Shown: positions 1 through 10,466, counted from the stretch's first letter. The stretch: DNA of 64,000 nt from Candidatus Poribacteria bacterium (GCA_965215265.1 OZ244048.1:3840001-3904000), one strand, 5' to 3'. Program-made: numbers and translations. Notes: generated by a model not told the origin, from the letters alone.

Positions 1-689
1 GTTAAACCGTATTCTAAATCGACAAGGTCTGGGTACTGCTTAATATGCGTACGGAGGACGACAAGTGCTACGTCGTAAGGATTTGCCTGAACCGTGTGAT
101 TCAGGATATCTTCATTGAGATGTAGTTGGTGGATATGGGTCTGTTCAGGAATAATAACTGTAACTGGTGGGATCTCCGCGTTCTCTTTATCTCTATGTTG
201 CGCGAGTATATATCCGCCAGTTTTAATGGTGCTGGGAACAGTGAGCCGGACCTGTAAGATTTCCTGGGCGAGTTCTGACAGGGTCAGAGTTCTGCCTAAG
301 TGTTGGACAGTAATGTCGGAGACAACACCGTCTGCGAAATCGGCAATTTGCCGTGCGTTCCGTTCTAGTTCTTGTATACTTCTATGAATTTTGTTATGAT
401 CGTCGTCCGTTTCGGCGATAATTTTGGCTTCGTCGAGCCAAGATGCCCATGCGCCCGGACGCGGTTTCATTTTGACAGTGAGTGTACCGTCTTGCGAGTC
501 GAAGCCGGGCAGGATGTCGCCTTCGGATGTCGCCTTCGGTGTCCAAATAATAAGATGTTTATCGGTTTTGGCACCGAGCCCGATTCCGAAGGTATCCCCC
601 CAACTCATTCTGCCTTCGACACTAGATTTGATTTTATCAGTTAGCGCGAAAAGCGAATCTGAATGAAAATTAAGTGATAAACCTTGCAT
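1..689 (-). CDS. Hypothetical protein, partial (runs off left edge)
   Basis: Manual translation from ATG at 689 (MQGLSLNFHSDSLFALTDKIKSS...) is open for about 229 codons to position 1. Absent from the ORF track because there is no stop in the window. No motif recognised. Confidence 0.65.
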   Translation of the reverse strand, partial: MQGLSLNFHSDSLFALTDKIKSSVEGRMSWGDTFGIGLGAKTDKHLIIWTPKATSEGDILPGFDSQDGTLTVKMKPRPGAWASWLDEAKIIAETDDDHNKIHRSIQELERNARQIADFADGVVSDITVQHLGRTLTLSELAQEILQVRLTVPSTIKTGGYILAQHRDKENAEIPPVTVIIPEQTHIHQLHLNEDILNHTVQANPYDVALVVLRTHIKQYPDLVDLEYGL

Positions 690-766
690 TGGGTTGATTC
701 AATCGTTTTGTATGGATAGGCTGCGGCAACGCAGACTCAATCTTTGTCGGCGTTGACAGCTTTTTG

Positions 767-922
767 TATACAGGAGCCCCATAAAGGCTGCTGCAATCTT
801 AAAACCTTTACAAATCCTGTTCTTTCGTATATTTCAGCCCCATAAAGGCTGCTGCAATCTTAAAACCTTTACAACACGAGTTATCATGACATAAGCGTTG
901 ACGGTACCGAGATATACGAAAA
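767..922. repeat. Repeat family A: two 61-bp units (core CCCCATAAAGGCTGCTGC) plus a distal arm CATAAGCGTTGACGGTACCGAGATATAC
   Basis: ATAAAGG cores at 781 and 842 (period 61). Near-identical architecture at 2240-2460. Confidence 0.8.
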
Positions 923-932
923 TCGTCTTCAA

Positions 933-1514
933 TTACGTAGCAGTTTGTATATCAAGTCCCCATACATCCCATCCTTGGATCTGCTTACGCGCAAAAAGTT
1001 CTATTTTCCGGTGGTATGGGAACATCTTCTCAATCCGTTCTCGCACCTCATCCGGTTTTTCAGAATGGCGCGTCCGTTTTGCTTGTACCAATTGTCGAAT
1101 ATTTCTGGCACCTCTGGGTTGTGGGATTTTCCCACGTTTGAAGACGAGGCACAGTTCACATTGGCTCATCGTATAGAAGCCGGGGTTTACAGCGAGTTTA
1201 TCCCATACGAAAGCGACGGTTGCCCACTGGAATCCCCATCTTGTAGCGAGTTCGATTGCTTGTGCCAGATGTGGTGACGAACTCCACATAAAAAGGAGAC
1301 AATTTTCTTCGCAGATTACAGAGATATTCCAAGCTGCCATTTCTGAGACGGTGACGGTAGGATAGTGTTTAATGGCCCCGCCGCTGTCTCGTCCACCGCT
1401 TCCTGTATGTTGGAGTTGTCCTTTGTAGTCCCATGGCGGATCTGCGTAGATAATATCGTACTGTTTGTTCGGAAATGGAACAGCTACAGCTGCTATAGTG
1501 TCCTTTTGTCTCAT
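933..1514 (-). CDS. MT-A70 family adenine (m6A) methyltransferase
   Basis: YDIIYADPPW catalytic motif, HYPTV, CLLFMW, FVWDK, RTRHSEKP, IELFAR..GWDVWG. Likely start MRQKD (track start 1595). Confidence 0.9.
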   Translation of the reverse strand: MRQKDTIAAVAVPFPNKQYDIIYADPPWDYKGQLQHTGSGGRDSGGAIKHYPTVTVSEMAAWNISVICEENCLLFMWSSSPHLAQAIELATRWGFQWATVAFVWDKLAVNPGFYTMSQCELCLVFKRGKIPQPRGARNIRQLVQAKRTRHSEKPDEVRERIEKMFPYHRKIELFARKQIQGWDVWGLDIQTAT

Positions 1515-1664
1515 AAAATCGGTTTTTTTTCGGCTACGGCAGCACGTCACCGCCGCCAACAAAACGCGTCTGAGCCTTTCTCGGTTATGATACAAAACTT
1601 CACGGTGCGATGTATACCGTATATTCGTTCGGATGCATCCGGCATGAAGATAAGTGCTGCCGGT

Positions 1665-2213
1665 CTATTTGGCTTCGACACTGAGTCCTTCTTGCGGGAT
1701 ATCATTGTTTGCGACTAGCATATCCCGGTTAAAGATGAAGTCGCTGCGAGAACTACCGAGGCTTTCTCCGGCTTTCTGACGTTCCCGGAAATATTGTGGG
1801 AGTGTGAGTCCGGTCATACGGATTGCATCTTCTGGGCAGGCTTCGACGCAATATCCGCAAAAGATACAGCGCAGCATGTTGATTTCAAAAAGATCTGGAT
1901 ATTTCTCGCGTTGATAACCTTCCTTCGTCAACCATCCTTGAGGGGCAGGTGCTGCTTGTATTGTGATGCAATCAGCCGGGCAAGCTGTGGCGCATAAGAA
2001 ACAGGCGACACACTTTATCTCATCTTTCTCTGTTTTGGTTAATTTGTGAATCCCGCGATAGCGTTCGTTCCGTTCATTGACACTTCTGGGATCTTCCGGG
2101 TACTGGTAAGTTAGTTTCTTCTTTGGCAGATGTTTTAGTGTGGTAAACATCCCCTTAATGAGGGCTGGGATATAGAGTCGATCCCAAAAAGACATTTCTT
2201 CGTTAACTTTCAT
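1665..2213 (-). CDS. nuoI: NADH-quinone oxidoreductase subunit I
   Basis: TYQYPE..RYRGIH, two ferredoxin motifs (CVACFLCATACP, CIFCGYCVEACP), FEINMLRC. Confidence 0.9.
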   Translation of the reverse strand: MKVNEEMSFWDRLYIPALIKGMFTTLKHLPKKKLTYQYPEDPRSVNERNERYRGIHKLTKTEKDEIKCVACFLCATACPADCITIQAAPAPQGWLTKEGYQREKYPDLFEINMLRCIFCGYCVEACPEDAIRMTGLTLPQYFRERQKAGESLGSSRSDFIFNRDMLVANNDIPQEGLSVEAK

Positions 2214-2239
2214 GGTAGCCTTCCTTTTTTTGTTTTTCG

Positions 2240-2460
2240 TATACAGGAGCCCCATAAAGGCTGCTGCTTTGATAAATCCTTTACAAATCTCGTTCTTTCG
2301 TATACAGGAGCCCCATAAAGGCTGCTGCTATATTAAATCCTTTACAAATCTCGCCGGAGCCTTCTTATGCTATGAATCTAAACACCGGGCGGCTTCGACG
2401 AGATTTACACACGAATTATTATTACATAAGCGTTGATGGTACGGAGATATACAAAAAAAA
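2240..2460. repeat. Repeat family A copy with internal hairpin (MITE/REP-like)
   Basis: 61-bp tandem units (cores at 2254 and 2315). AAATCTCGCCGGAGCC pairs with GGCTTCGACGAGATTT. Distal arm CATAAGCGTTGATGGTACGGAGATATAC. Confidence 0.8.
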
Positions 2461-2507
2461 CAATGCATCAAGCGTTGTAGGGCTGCAGTATACAAAAATG
2501 CTCCTTG

Positions 2508-4007
2508 TTAATTGGCGAGATTTGCTACAGTGTAATTGGGTGCTTCTTCGGTGATATCAATGTCGTGCGGATGGCTTTCGCGGTGGCCGCTGCTTGACAT
2601 GCGTATGAACTGGCTATCTCTACGTAAAGATTCGATATCTGGTGTGCCGCAATAACCCATGGCGGAACGGACACCGCCAACGAGTTGATAGACGAAGTTA
2701 CTCAGTTTGCCTTTATGTGGAACTCTCCCTTCAATGCCCCGGGGTACGAGTTTTGAGACATCTTCTGTGGTCGGTTCTGGGTGTTGGCCGATTTGCTTGC
2801 GTAATGCACCGAGTGAGCCCATGCCTCTGTGCATCTTGTAGGTGCGTCCCTGATAGATAATTGTTGAGCCTGGGCTTTCATCAGTGCCAGCAAAGAGACT
2901 TCCGATCATGACAGAGCTAGCGCCGGCACCAATGGCCTTGGCGATATCGCCTGAATACCGGATGCCGCCATCAGCGATGATGGGAACACCGAATTTGTCT
3001 GCTTCCTCAGCGCAGTCGTATATCGCCGTAATCTGGGGGATGCTGACCCCGGCGATGATGCGTGTTGTACAAATAGAGCCAGGACCGACACCGACTTTGA
3101 CAGCATCTGCCCCCGCCTCTATGAGACTTCGTGTGCCTTCAGGGGTAACAACGTTTCCTGCGACGAGCTCCACATGAGGAAATGTAGATTTAGCGAATTC
3201 TGTTGCGCGAATCACGTTTTTAGAATGGCCGTGTGCTGTATCCATTACAAGGACATCGACACCTACTTCAACAAGTTGTGCTGCATCATCGAGATTTGTT
3301 GATGGCTGTATTGCGGCACCGACGCGAAGTCGCCCCGACTCATCCTTACAAGCGTGCGGAAACTGTTGTACTTTGTCAATGTCCTTGATTGTGATGAGTC
3401 CACAGAGGTGAAAATGTGAATCAACGATCGGGAGTTTTTCCTTTCGTGATTCGTGAAGAATCTTTTTGGCTTTTTCAAGCGTAATTCCCGGGGATGCAGT
3501 GATGAGTTTTTCACCGGGTGTCATCCGTTCAGTGACGGGTAAGTCTAAATTCTCTTCATATTTGAGATCTCGATTGGTAATGAGTCCGACTAGATATCCA
3601 TCTTTTTTGATAACAGGGACCCCGCCGATGCGGTATCTGGCGGTTAATTCGAGAGCATCCCGAATCGTCTTGTCTGGAGTGAGCGTAATCGGTGATGTAA
3701 TCATTCCACTCTCGGAACGTTTGACACGGTCTACCTCAGATACCTGTTCATCGATGGTACAATTATAGTGAATGATTCCGAGCCCCCCTTCTCTTGCGAT
3801 TGCAATAGCGAGTGTTGCTTCAGTGACGGTGTCCATCGGTGCACTGCAGAGCGGAATGTTCAGGCGTAGATTGCGCGTGAACTGCGTACGGGTATCTACT
3901 TCCGCTGGGAGCAGTTCCGATGCCGCTGGAATCAGCAAAACGTCGTCAAAAGTTAACCCTTCTTTCGCAAATTTCGGGGGGAAAGTATCGGAAATTTTGG
4001 TGTCCAT
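2508..4007 (-). CDS. guaB: IMP dehydrogenase family protein with tandem CBS domains (divergent flap)
   Basis: [21 protein letters not shown] pair, catalytic loop [31 protein letters not shown]. Start MDTKIS after a GGAG RBS. Confidence 0.85.
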   Translation of the reverse strand: MDTKISDTFPPKFAKEGLTFDDVLLIPAASELLPAEVDTRTQFTRNLRLNIPLCSAPMDTVTEATLAIAIAREGGLGIIHYNCTIDEQVSEVDRVKRSESGMITSPITLTPDKTIRDALELTARYRIGGVPVIKKDGYLVGLITNRDLKYEENLDLPVTERMTPGEKLITASPGITLEKAKKILHESRKEKLPIVDSHFHLCGLITIKDIDKVQQFPHACKDESGRLRVGAAIQPSTNLDDAAQLVEVGVDVLVMDTAHGHSKNVIRATEFAKSTFPHVELVAGNVVTPEGTRSLIEAGADAVKVGVGPGSICTTRIIAGVSIPQITAIYDCAEEADKFGVPIIADGGIRYSGDIAKAIGAGASSVMIGSLFAGTDESPGSTIIYQGRTYKMHRGMGSLGALRKQIGQHPEPTTEDVSKLVPRGIEGRVPHKGKLSNFVYQLVGGVRSAMGYCGTPDIESLRRDSQFIRMSSSGHRESHPHDIDITEEAPNYTVANLAN

Positions 4008-4122
4008 TGGAATCGTCTCCTTAAAAAAGGTAAGATGCCAGAAAGTCTTCAGTGAGCACTGCACGGAAATATTCACGCCCGCCTTATCGCTACTGTCGAC
4101 AAAAAAATGCAAACCCTAATAT

Positions 4123-4151
4123 ATTATAACACATTTTATCTTTTATGTCAA
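4123..4151 (-). promoter_or_regulatory. Sigma70-type promoter for the guaB-like gene
   Basis: Perfect TTGACA-N17-TATAAT on the minus strand about 115 nt upstream of the start. Confidence 0.8.
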
Positions 4152-4406
4152 CCTATTCCTAATTTTTTGCCCCGAACACGATGTCTCTTTTCCCCAATGA
4201 TGTTTGCATAAGTGCACGACTTATACCAGAATTATAAAGGAAAACATAAATTATATCAAGAAATTTTTGTTATTTTTAGGTGTATTAGGAAAATAGAAAA
4301 CTGATCAGATGATTTCCAGCATCTGATAGGCTTCTTATTCACATCATGCCGAGGCTCGCCGATTCAGAGAAAATTGAATCGCCTATTGACTACAGTAAAA
4401 AAATCT

Positions 4407-4435
4407 TTGAATCTCACGTAGAAATATGATATAAT
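4407..4435 (+). promoter_or_regulatory. Sigma70-type promoter with extended -10
   Basis: TTGAAT-N17-TATAAT with TG at the extended -10 position, about 500 nt upstream of the next long CDS. Confidence 0.6.
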
Positions 4436-4932
4436 AATACTAAGTTCACGCGCAGCGAGAGCAGAACGTAATCGCCTATGACACAAGAATCAGAATTCCT
4501 GAAGTTTTTCGAGGGACCCCTCGGACAGTTCGCAGACAGGGCAACGCGGAGGAACATCTGTCTGCTTGCCCGATTGCGTTTTCTTCACTCATCATCACGT
4601 CTTTCACTGCAGCCAACAACCAACTTTTTAAGGTAGGTATGTGCAACCTGCCTAACCCGTTGTCAGCACGGAACTGAACACCGGTGGGAGATTTGAATCA
4701 TGAATAGGGTCATTTTGTTTTCAACATTTTCTTGGCTTTGCCAAGAGAGTTACAAGCTAGAGCTCGCCGCTACAAGGGAGTCTCGCGATTTAGCGCGGGT
4801 TCTTAACATAGAGCTAAATCGCCTTAAATCATGAAAATAAAAGAGCCTTAAAAATCTGAATTTGTGCTAAAATTTGAGTATTTTGCAGGGTTTGATAAGT
4901 TTTGTGAAAGGAAAGAAAAGGAAAGGCATACG

Positions 4933-5985
4933 ATGAATACGAAAGATAATCTAAACGTTGGTATCGTTGGTCTGGGTTGGGTTGCGGGTGCACACATTGA
5001 GACGTTCAAGACGGTTCAAGGTGGGACAGTTACGGCTATCTGCTCACGGCGCGAACACGATGAAGTAGAACTTGAAGCGACATACCGTACACCGCTGAAA
5101 GCTTATACAGACTACGAAGAGATGCTTGCCGATCCGGACGTAGACATCGTTGATATTTGCACACCGCATCCATTCCATGCGGCGCAAGCGATTGCTGCTG
5201 CGGAAGCCGGGAAGCATCTGATTATTGAAAAACCGATCTGTTTAACTTATGAAGATGCGAAGGCAATTCGCGATGCGGTCAAAAAAGCGGGGGTGCATGT
5301 GTGCGTCTGTTTTGAGTGCCGTTACAGCGCGCATTTCACGATGATTCGTTCAGTGATTGACAATGGGCTGCTCGGTGAGCTCCACTACGCCGAAGTTGAT
5401 TATTACCATGGCATCGGCCCCTGGTACGGGCAGTATGAATGGAATATCAAAAAGGATTTTGGCGGTAGTACCCTGCTGACGGCTGGATGCCACGCACTGG
5501 ACGCGCTGCTCTTCTTTATGGATGGGAACGTTGAAGAGGTGACGAGTTATCATACGCAATCCGCTGGCGAGGTCTTCCAACCGTACGAGTATAAGACGAC
5601 GAGTGTGAGCCTTCTGAAATTTGAAGGGGGCCATAAGATAGGAAAAGTGACATCTTGTGTGGACTGCCTCCAGCCTTACTACTTCCATATCCATCTGGTG
5701 GGAAGTGAGGGCAGCCTCTTAGACAACCGTATCTATTCGGCGAAACTTAAGGGGATGGATAAAAGCCGGTGGAGTACGCTTGAGACATCGCTGATTGACT
5801 CTGGTGATGTGAGCGACCATCCGTATGAACCGCAGTTCCAAGCGTTTATAGACGGTATTCACAAGAATGTGCCGATGCCGCTCACCGATTTTGATACGGC
5901 TTTTGAATCGCATCGGGTGGTTTTTGCGGCGGATATGTCTGCGGAAGCCGGCGGCAGAACAGTCAGGTTGTCAGAATTGGCGTAG
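4933..5985 (+). CDS. Gfo/Idh/MocA family oxidoreductase
   Basis: [11 protein letters not shown] Rossmann motif, [35 protein letters not shown]. Confidence 0.9.
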   Translation: MNTKDNLNVGIVGLGWVAGAHIETFKTVQGGTVTAICSRREHDEVELEATYRTPLKAYTDYEEMLADPDVDIVDICTPHPFHAAQAIAAAEAGKHLIIEKPICLTYEDAKAIRDAVKKAGVHVCVCFECRYSAHFTMIRSVIDNGLLGELHYAEVDYYHGIGPWYGQYEWNIKKDFGGSTLLTAGCHALDALLFFMDGNVEEVTSYHTQSAGEVFQPYEYKTTSVSLLKFEGGHKIGKVTSCVDCLQPYYFHIHLVGSEGSLLDNRIYSAKLKGMDKSRWSTLETSLIDSGDVSDHPYEPQFQAFIDGIHKNVPMPLTDFDTAFESHRVVFAADMSAEAGGRTVRLSELA

Positions 5986-6038
5986 GGAATTTTGTGTCTA
6001 GTTCATGAGGTGTGTGGCTGGCTGCTATTGTCCTACGC

Positions 6039-6626
6039 CTACCAACGCATCGCAGCTTCACGATAGAGTTGAATCTGCTCCATATTGCGGGGTATTGCGA
6101 CATGGATGGATTTACGCTTCCGATCTGCAGCTTTGAGGACAATAGGTGCACGAAGCATATTTTTCATGGTGACTATACCGGAGTGATAGAAAACCCATAG
6201 CCGTTGTTCGGTGTAAGGGTTGAGGATATATTCTGTGTGCTGTCCTTGGTGCGCTCCGGGCGTGCCTGCTGGGAAAAGGTCATAAGTCGGATAAGTGAGT
6301 TCCACACTTCTATCATGTCCTTCTAAAAAGAGTTTTTCGGGCGGAACTTTGGGCGAGTAGCCGCTCAGTTTGCAGGTACGGAATCGGATGGGGGCACCTG
6401 ATTTATTACTCAGGTGAAGCGATACAACTATGGCTAAGCGATGATTGTCGTCCCGGTTGATGAACCACGTATCCTCAGGGATCATCTCTACAGTCAACCC
6501 TTGAATTTGGCGTTTTTTGTGGTAGACAACAGCTAAGGTGATAAAAGAGACAGTAGCGAGGAGTGCCCACTGTCCAGTGGGGGTAGCTAGAAATTGTAAG
6601 AGCTGCTTTACCGCTTGTTGTAACAC
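6039..6626 (-). CDS. Hypothetical protein with N-terminal membrane anchor
   Basis: 195 aa ORF overlapping the tsaC stop. Hydrophobic segment WALLATVSFITLAVVY. Confidence 0.65.
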   Translation of the reverse strand: MLQQAVKQLLQFLATPTGQWALLATVSFITLAVVYHKKRQIQGLTVEMIPEDTWFINRDDNHRLAIVVSLHLSNKSGAPIRFRTCKLSGYSPKVPPEKLFLEGHDRSVELTYPTYDLFPAGTPGAHQGQHTEYILNPYTEQRLWVFYHSGIVTMKNMLRAPIVLKAADRKRKSIHVAIPRNMEQIQLYREAAMRW

Positions 6627-7243
6627 GCGAACTCCTTAGCGAGTGTTTCTTCGGAAATGACACCGTGGCGGCGGATACACGGGGGCGAGACAGAAATATC
6701 ATATACGGTTGATGGAACGGGCCCGGGGGTTTGTCCGCCATCAACTACGCTATCAATTTTCGCGGCGAGCTCTGCCCCGAGCTCTTGAACGGAAGTAGCG
6801 GGTGGCTCGCCTGATAGATTTGCACTGGTTATTGCCATGGGACCGCCAAACTCACGGAGAATTTGCAAAAGCACCGGGTGGTTCGGAATGCGGATTCCGA
6901 CGGTATTACCACCAGCAGTAACGATTGGTAGTAGATTTTTTGCTTCGACAATGATTGTCAAACCACCGGGCCAAAACCGCTCTGTCAAATGAAAAAAGAA
7001 GGAGGGGAGGTTTTGTGCAACTTGCTCGACATCGGCGACAGCACCCAGCATCAGCGGAATTGGTTTACCGTCGGGACGTCCCTTCAAGGTGTAGAGTTTT
7101 TGTACTGCCTCTGCATTAAAAGCATCTGCACCTAATCCATATACGGTATCAGTAGGGACTGCCAAAATGCCGCCAGTTGTGAGACATTCGGTGGCTTGTG
7201 TCATTTTTTGTGTTAGATGTTGCATCTTCTCCGTCTCTTTCAC
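6608..7243 (-). CDS. tsaC: L-threonylcarbamoyladenylate synthase (Sua5/YrdC)
   Basis: PTDTVYGLG, KGRP..KP, FWPGGLT, VGIRIP, TSANLSG, PSTV. Confidence 0.93.
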   Translation of the reverse strand: MKETEKMQHLTQKMTQATECLTTGGILAVPTDTVYGLGADAFNAEAVQKLYTLKGRPDGKPIPLMLGAVADVEQVAQNLPSFFFHLTERFWPGGLTIIVEAKNLLPIVTAGGNTVGIRIPNHPVLLQILREFGGPMAITSANLSGEPPATSVQELGAELAAKIDSVVDGGQTPGPVPSTVYDISVSPPCIRRHGVISEETLAKEFACYNKR

Positions 7244-7389
7244 TGCGTCTGGACCTTATAGGTGCGGTTTTCTTACAGGTCCATCGGTGTGTCCTCTTTA
7301 TAGTATATGTGTTCGTCGTATTGCCAGTTATTGCCTGTCTATGAGATGCCTCTCCGGAGCACGATACGTTTCAGTAGGCGCTATGTGCT

Positions 7390-8382
7390 TTAAACAAGTG
7401 TACCGTTTGCAGCAGCATTGAGGTCAAGCCTATCACGGAGCCCTTGCTGGTATTTATGATAGGCGATTCCGGCAATCATTGCCCCGTTATCGGTGCAAAG
7501 TGGGATTGGCGGGTAGTAGACGTTCGCGCCGATATTATCAGCGGCAGTTTTGAGAGAGGTACGCAGCTGGCTATTCGCAGCGACGCCGCCGGTCAAGGTT
7601 ATCGTGCGCGCGCCAGTCTCTTTCGCTGCGCGAACTGTTTTATAAACGAGGACATCTACAACAGCGGCTTGGAAACTCGCGGCAACATTTTCTATGCAAA
7701 CGTTTTGCGTTTTCTCCACAAAATAACGTACGGACGTTTTAATGCCGCTAAAACTGAATTGGTAGTCGCCACTATTCCGGAGGGGGCGGGGGAAATTTAT
7801 GGCCATCGGATCTCCTTTCTGGGCGAGTTCGTCAATGACGCGCCCTCCCGGAAAACCGAGCCCCAAGTATTTGGCGACTTTATCATAGACTTCGCCGGCG
7901 GCATCATCTTGCGTGCTTCCTAATACCTTGTACTTCCACCCCTCATTAACTTCTACGAGCAGCGTATGTCCGCCAGAAACCGTAAGGCAGATATGCGGAA
8001 ACCTCAAGCGATCATGTACCATAAAGTTGGCGTAGATGTGCCCTTCAATGTGATTGATGCCGAGCAACGGCAGGCTATGGCAATAAGCGAGGCTCTTCGC
8101 GGCTGCAACACCGACAAGCAATGCACCTATTAAGCCGGGCCGATTGGTAACAGCGACTGCGTTTAACTCTTGGAAAGAGATACCGGCTTGAGTCATCGCT
8201 CGATTAACGATGTAGTTAATCGCTTCAATGTGTTTGCGTGATGCCAATTCCGGAACAATGCCACCGTATTCGCGGTGCTGTTCAATCTGTGAAGCGATAA
8301 CGTTGGAGAGGAGCTCGCGTCCGTCCTTAACGACGGCGGCAGCGGTTTCATCACAAGAGGTATCAATGCCGAGAATTTTCAT
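7390..8382 (-). CDS. tsaD: tRNA N6-adenosine threonylcarbamoyltransferase
   Basis: ILGIDTSCDETAAA, GGIVPELASRKH, NHIEGH, VSGGHT, DDAAGE, FSFSGIKT, CTDNGAMI. Confidence 0.96.
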   Translation of the reverse strand: MKILGIDTSCDETAAAVVKDGRELLSNVIASQIEQHREYGGIVPELASRKHIEAINYIVNRAMTQAGISFQELNAVAVTNRPGLIGALLVGVAAAKSLAYCHSLPLLGINHIEGHIYANFMVHDRLRFPHICLTVSGGHTLLVEVNEGWKYKVLGSTQDDAAGEVYDKVAKYLGLGFPGGRVIDELAQKGDPMAINFPRPLRNSGDYQFSFSGIKTSVRYFVEKTQNVCIENVAASFQAAVVDVLVYKTVRAAKETGARTITLTGGVAANSQLRTSLKTAADNIGANVYYPPIPLCTDNGAMIAGIAYHKYQQGLRDRLDLNAAANGTLV

Positions 8383-8543
8383 TGTTGATTCGTGGCGATA
8401 AGGCAAATTTTTGTAGAGTGCTTAGAGAACTTTTCGCAACGTGATTTATGATTATTTTTCCGAGTGAGCTGCTCGCGAGGGGCGCATGCATCAATTTTGC
8501 TCACGAGCAGCTAATCTGACTGGCTTGTTATGCAGTTCTGTTA

Positions 8544-10466
8544 TTAATTAAATCCACCGCTCATCATGCTAAGCATTTGAATGAATTGTTTGAAATCGCC
8601 GAGCGTGAGGAGGAGTTTCGCGTCGATGCCTCCGTCTCGTGCTTTGGCAGCGAAGCCGATGCTATAATTATCAGGTAGGTTCATCAGCATGCCCTCAAAC
8701 GCTTGCAGTTCTGCAGCAGCGTTGGGGTCTGTGATTGGTATTAAAGGTAGAGCACCTTTAACTGCGATTATCGGCGAAATTGCTAAAAAGAGGTTATTCG
8801 CCGTGCCTAACCTTTCTGCGAGATGCTGATAACTCGGATTTTCTGCAAGGGTGGCTCCTGTTCCTGACATCCGATCCAAGGCGTTTTTAATCGGTTGCGA
8901 ACTGGCACCCATGGATTGCAACAACTGTCCTTCATGAAAAGCGTAGTAAAAGTTATACGTTTGCGGCATGATTTGTGAAACAGATGGCGGAACATCCTGA
9001 AAAGCCTCCGTGAAGTTAGGGAAGAGGTAGCTTTTAATCTCTACGCCGTTATGCATTTCAGGGGTTCCGGCATGTGCATCCTTGTAAAGGTTAGGGGCTT
9101 GCACACTTAAGAGTCCGAGTGTCAATTGCTGTGAGACCTGTAATTGGTCAAGAAATGCTTCATCCATATAGGCCCTCACTTTTTGTTCATCTTGTAAATC
9201 AACAACGTTGAGATAATCTGGTATTAAACTATCCTCGAAATTCATGGTGAAAGTGCTAGTACCGCTGAGTGCCTCATACAAAGGAGTAGATATTTGGAGA
9301 AATTGTTCTAGTTGTTTCTTACCTTCCGGACCCTCTGCAAAAAGTTTCAATGAGGCTGTCATAAACTGAAGTAGTATGTCTGGACTCATCTGCAGTGCGC
9401 CATTGATAAACGCGCGTTCGGGTAGAGTGTTGAGGCTTGTTAATTCCTGTGGCATTCCTTTCAGATGTTTCTGAATTTCGCTTTCGCTTTTGAATTCGAG
9501 GAAGTGCCCGATTTGGATATCTGTGCCCTCAAGTTGAAGCGTTAAACCGAGGGATTTCAGCTGTTCAACGGTGCCTATGGCCATTCCGAACATCTTTTCA
9601 AATAGCACACTATTCCCCATTGTTGCCGGATTGCTCTCCATGCTGTCAACTATAGAGCCCATCTCTTTCTTTAGTGCAGCACTCAGCATTGGCCCAATGG
9701 ATTCAAAGCCGAGGTGAACTGTAATTAAGTTGTCAGTTTCCAAAGCATCGTTGAGGAGTGAGGCATAATCGGCATTCATTGTGATGGCTTGTGCCATGCC
9801 CTTATGGATATCAATGGCATTTTCACAAACAGTCGCCTGCTGTGAAAAAACGAGAATGTCATTTAAAATAGCGAAGCTGCCGCTCCCACCTGCTGCATTC
9901 CAATAGGTGATGCCGTTATATTCAACAGGTGAGGTGCCTTCCGCCTCCATTTCAATGACTTGCATCATTGCATCGGGTTCAGTCAAATGGACTGTTGCTG
10001 AAATTACTGGAGGTTCTAAGTGAGTGAAAAAGATTGCAAAATCCCTATTTAAATCGATCCCAATCTCTTCCAATTCTGAGAGTGTTTCAAATCCGGCACC
10101 GAACGTATCGGCTAAGATGCTGGCGAGGAGTTCTGGCGGCTGGGCGGCAGGCAGTAAATCAGCAGCCATTATGTTAATCCGCGTGTCTAATTCATTCAAA
10201 CTGGGACAATAAATCAGTCCTAAATTCTTCTCAGGGATCAGATGCAAAACGCTATCGCTCGGCACCGTCGGCATACGGATTGCTACCGCTTCGGGAGCAT
10301 CCCCGGGCATATCACCTTCTTTTTCTTCTGTTTCATTTGTGACTTCAGGTTTAGAAGTCTGTGCTTCCATCGGAGTTGATGGATTCGCTTTTGAACTACA
10401 CGCTATGAACAAAAATGGGCTTAAGAATGACAAGAGTACCAGGGTTAAAACCAAACATTTCTTCAT
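8544..10466 (-). CDS. Large putative lipoprotein of unknown function
   Basis: MKK-hydrophobic-FIAC lipobox, low-complexity linker, about 640 aa, GGAG RBS. Confidence 0.75.
   Translation of the reverse strand: MKKCLVLTLVLLSFLSPFLFIACSSKANPSTPMEAQTSKPEVTNETEEKEGDMPGDAPEAVAIRMPTVPSDSVLHLIPEKNLGLIYCPSLNELDTRINIMAADLLPAAQPPELLASILADTFGAGFETLSELEEIGIDLNRDFAIFFTHLEPPVISATVHLTEPDAMMQVIEMEAEGTSPVEYNGITYWNAAGGSGSFAILNDILVFSQQATVCENAIDIHKGMAQAITMNADYASLLNDALETDNLITVHLGFESIGPMLSAALKKEMGSIVDSMESNPATMGNSVLFEKMFGMAIGTVEQLKSLGLTLQLEGTDIQIGHFLEFKSESEIQKHLKGMPQELTSLNTLPERAFINGALQMSPDILLQFMTASLKLFAEGPEGKKQLEQFLQISTPLYEALSGTSTFTMNFEDSLIPDYLNVVDLQDEQKVRAYMDEAFLDQLQVSQQLTLGLLSVQAPNLYKDAHAGTPEMHNGVEIKSYLFPNFTEAFQDVPPSVSQIMPQTYNFYYAFHEGQLLQSMGASSQPIKNALDRMSGTGATLAENPSYQHLAERLGTANNLFLAISPIIAVKGALPLIPITDPNAAAELQAFEGMLMNLPDNYSIGFAAKARDGGIDAKLLLTLGDFKQFIQMLSMMSGGFN

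Noticed and set aside
767-2340. 61-bp periodic repeats as a CRISPR array
   Set aside because: Only two units per locus, the intervening sequences are similar rather than unique spacers, and no cas genes are present.
4010-4120. Purine riboswitch upstream of the guaB-like gene
   Set aside because: No purine aptamer consensus or terminator was found in the leader.
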